NCBI GenBank assembly: GCA_965208665.1
Contig: CBDBPH010000001.1
Coordinates: forward strand, 131,045 to 195,044
Direction of reading: 5' to 3'
Length of the DNA: 64,000 nucleotides
Source of the DNA: Dehalococcoidia bacterium
GTDB taxonomy: Bacteria > Chloroflexota > Dehalococcoidia > Bin125
A program made the translations under genes and the position numbers. Each line of letters begins with the position of its first letter. The stretch's first letter is position 1. The notes below the pieces were generated by a model. That model made no database searches. It saw only the letters and a list, made by a program, of their open reading frames with translations, and was not told the DNA's origin. This document shows, in pieces, positions 63,933 to 64,000 of this stretch.

Positions 63933-64000
63933 CCACCGAGACCAAGCCCGCCTACAACGTCGTCGGAAGCCGACCGCTGCGCCCCGACGGGGTCGACAAG
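63929..64000 (+). CDS. xanthine dehydrogenase/CO dehydrogenase large (molybdopterin-binding) subunit family protein, N-terminal fragment (continues past window)
   Basis: MTTETKPAYNVVGSRPLRPDGVDK matches the VGxxxxRxDGxxKVTG opening of CoxL/XdhB-type subunits. Confidence 0.45.
   Translation, partial: MTTETKPAYNVVGSRPLRPDGVDK

Noticed and set aside
1-64000. tRNA, rRNA, transposase/integrase genes
   Set aside because: No cloverleaf-compatible GC-rich 70-90-nt segments with conserved GTTC/TPsiC-like arms were recognised in intergenic regions. No rRNA-like stretches were seen. No DDE/tyrosine-recombinase signatures appear in any frame.

Overview
High-GC (~67%) bacterial chromosomal window of about 55 genes. 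Most of it is ordinary housekeeping and metabolism, but it is interrupted by several accessory or odd features, listed below.

Housekeeping and metabolism: metF, hisG, an IscS-type cysteine desulfurase, an ErpA/IscA Fe-S carrier, a dUTPase, crcB, a ClC channel, an acyl-CoA dehydrogenase, a MaoC-like dehydratase, an HpaB/AbfD-family enzyme, a ferritin-VIT1 fusion, and NuoB/NuoI/NuoG-like subunits.

Features worth a second look:
1. A dispersed GC-rich palindromic (REP-like) repeat family, core CCCTCTCCC-TCG-GGGAGAGGG with a conserved GGCCCTCACCCTAGC leader. It occurs at least 6 times, always intergenic, plus a ~365-bp degenerate tandem array at 38745-39110.
2. A ~4.5-kb accessory island (34.55-39.11 kb) bracketed by these repeats. 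It carries a DNA methyltransferase fused to an Mrr-type PD-(D/E)xK nuclease domain, a low-GC DUF2806-like gene, a DUF4258/DUF2283 toxin-antitoxin pair and a retropepsin-like aspartic protease. It has no integrase and no tRNA.
3. An SOS-type mutagenesis cassette, imuB-dnaE2 with overlapping stop/start, preceded by a Cheo-type LexA box (GAAC-N4-GTTC) and a TATAAT -10. No imuA is present in the window; an AlkZ-like crosslink-repair glycosylase lies nearby.
4. Two tandem giant (1080 and 1115 aa) double-FtsX-domain permeases with no ABC ATPase nearby.
5. A DUF309-dUTPase fusion translationally coupled to crcB.
6. A flavin-dependent halogenase (GxGxxG, WxWxIP and FxxPxxSxG motifs all present) in a small co-directional cluster with an LLM monooxygenase, an alpha/beta hydrolase, MOSC, GNAT and aminotransferase genes.
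7. Complex I-like genes nuoB-nuoI and nuoG separated by an inserted secreted M90/ATLF-like zinc protease, a lipoprotein and a Uma2 nuclease.
8. A tandem NYN-domain protein.
9. A MoaD-like beta-grasp protein that runs past its Gly-Gly and is coupled to a CoxL/XDH-family gene at the window edge.

No rRNA, tRNA, CRISPR array or transposase was recognised. Many long antisense ORFs in the supplied track are high-GC shadows of real genes and were not called.
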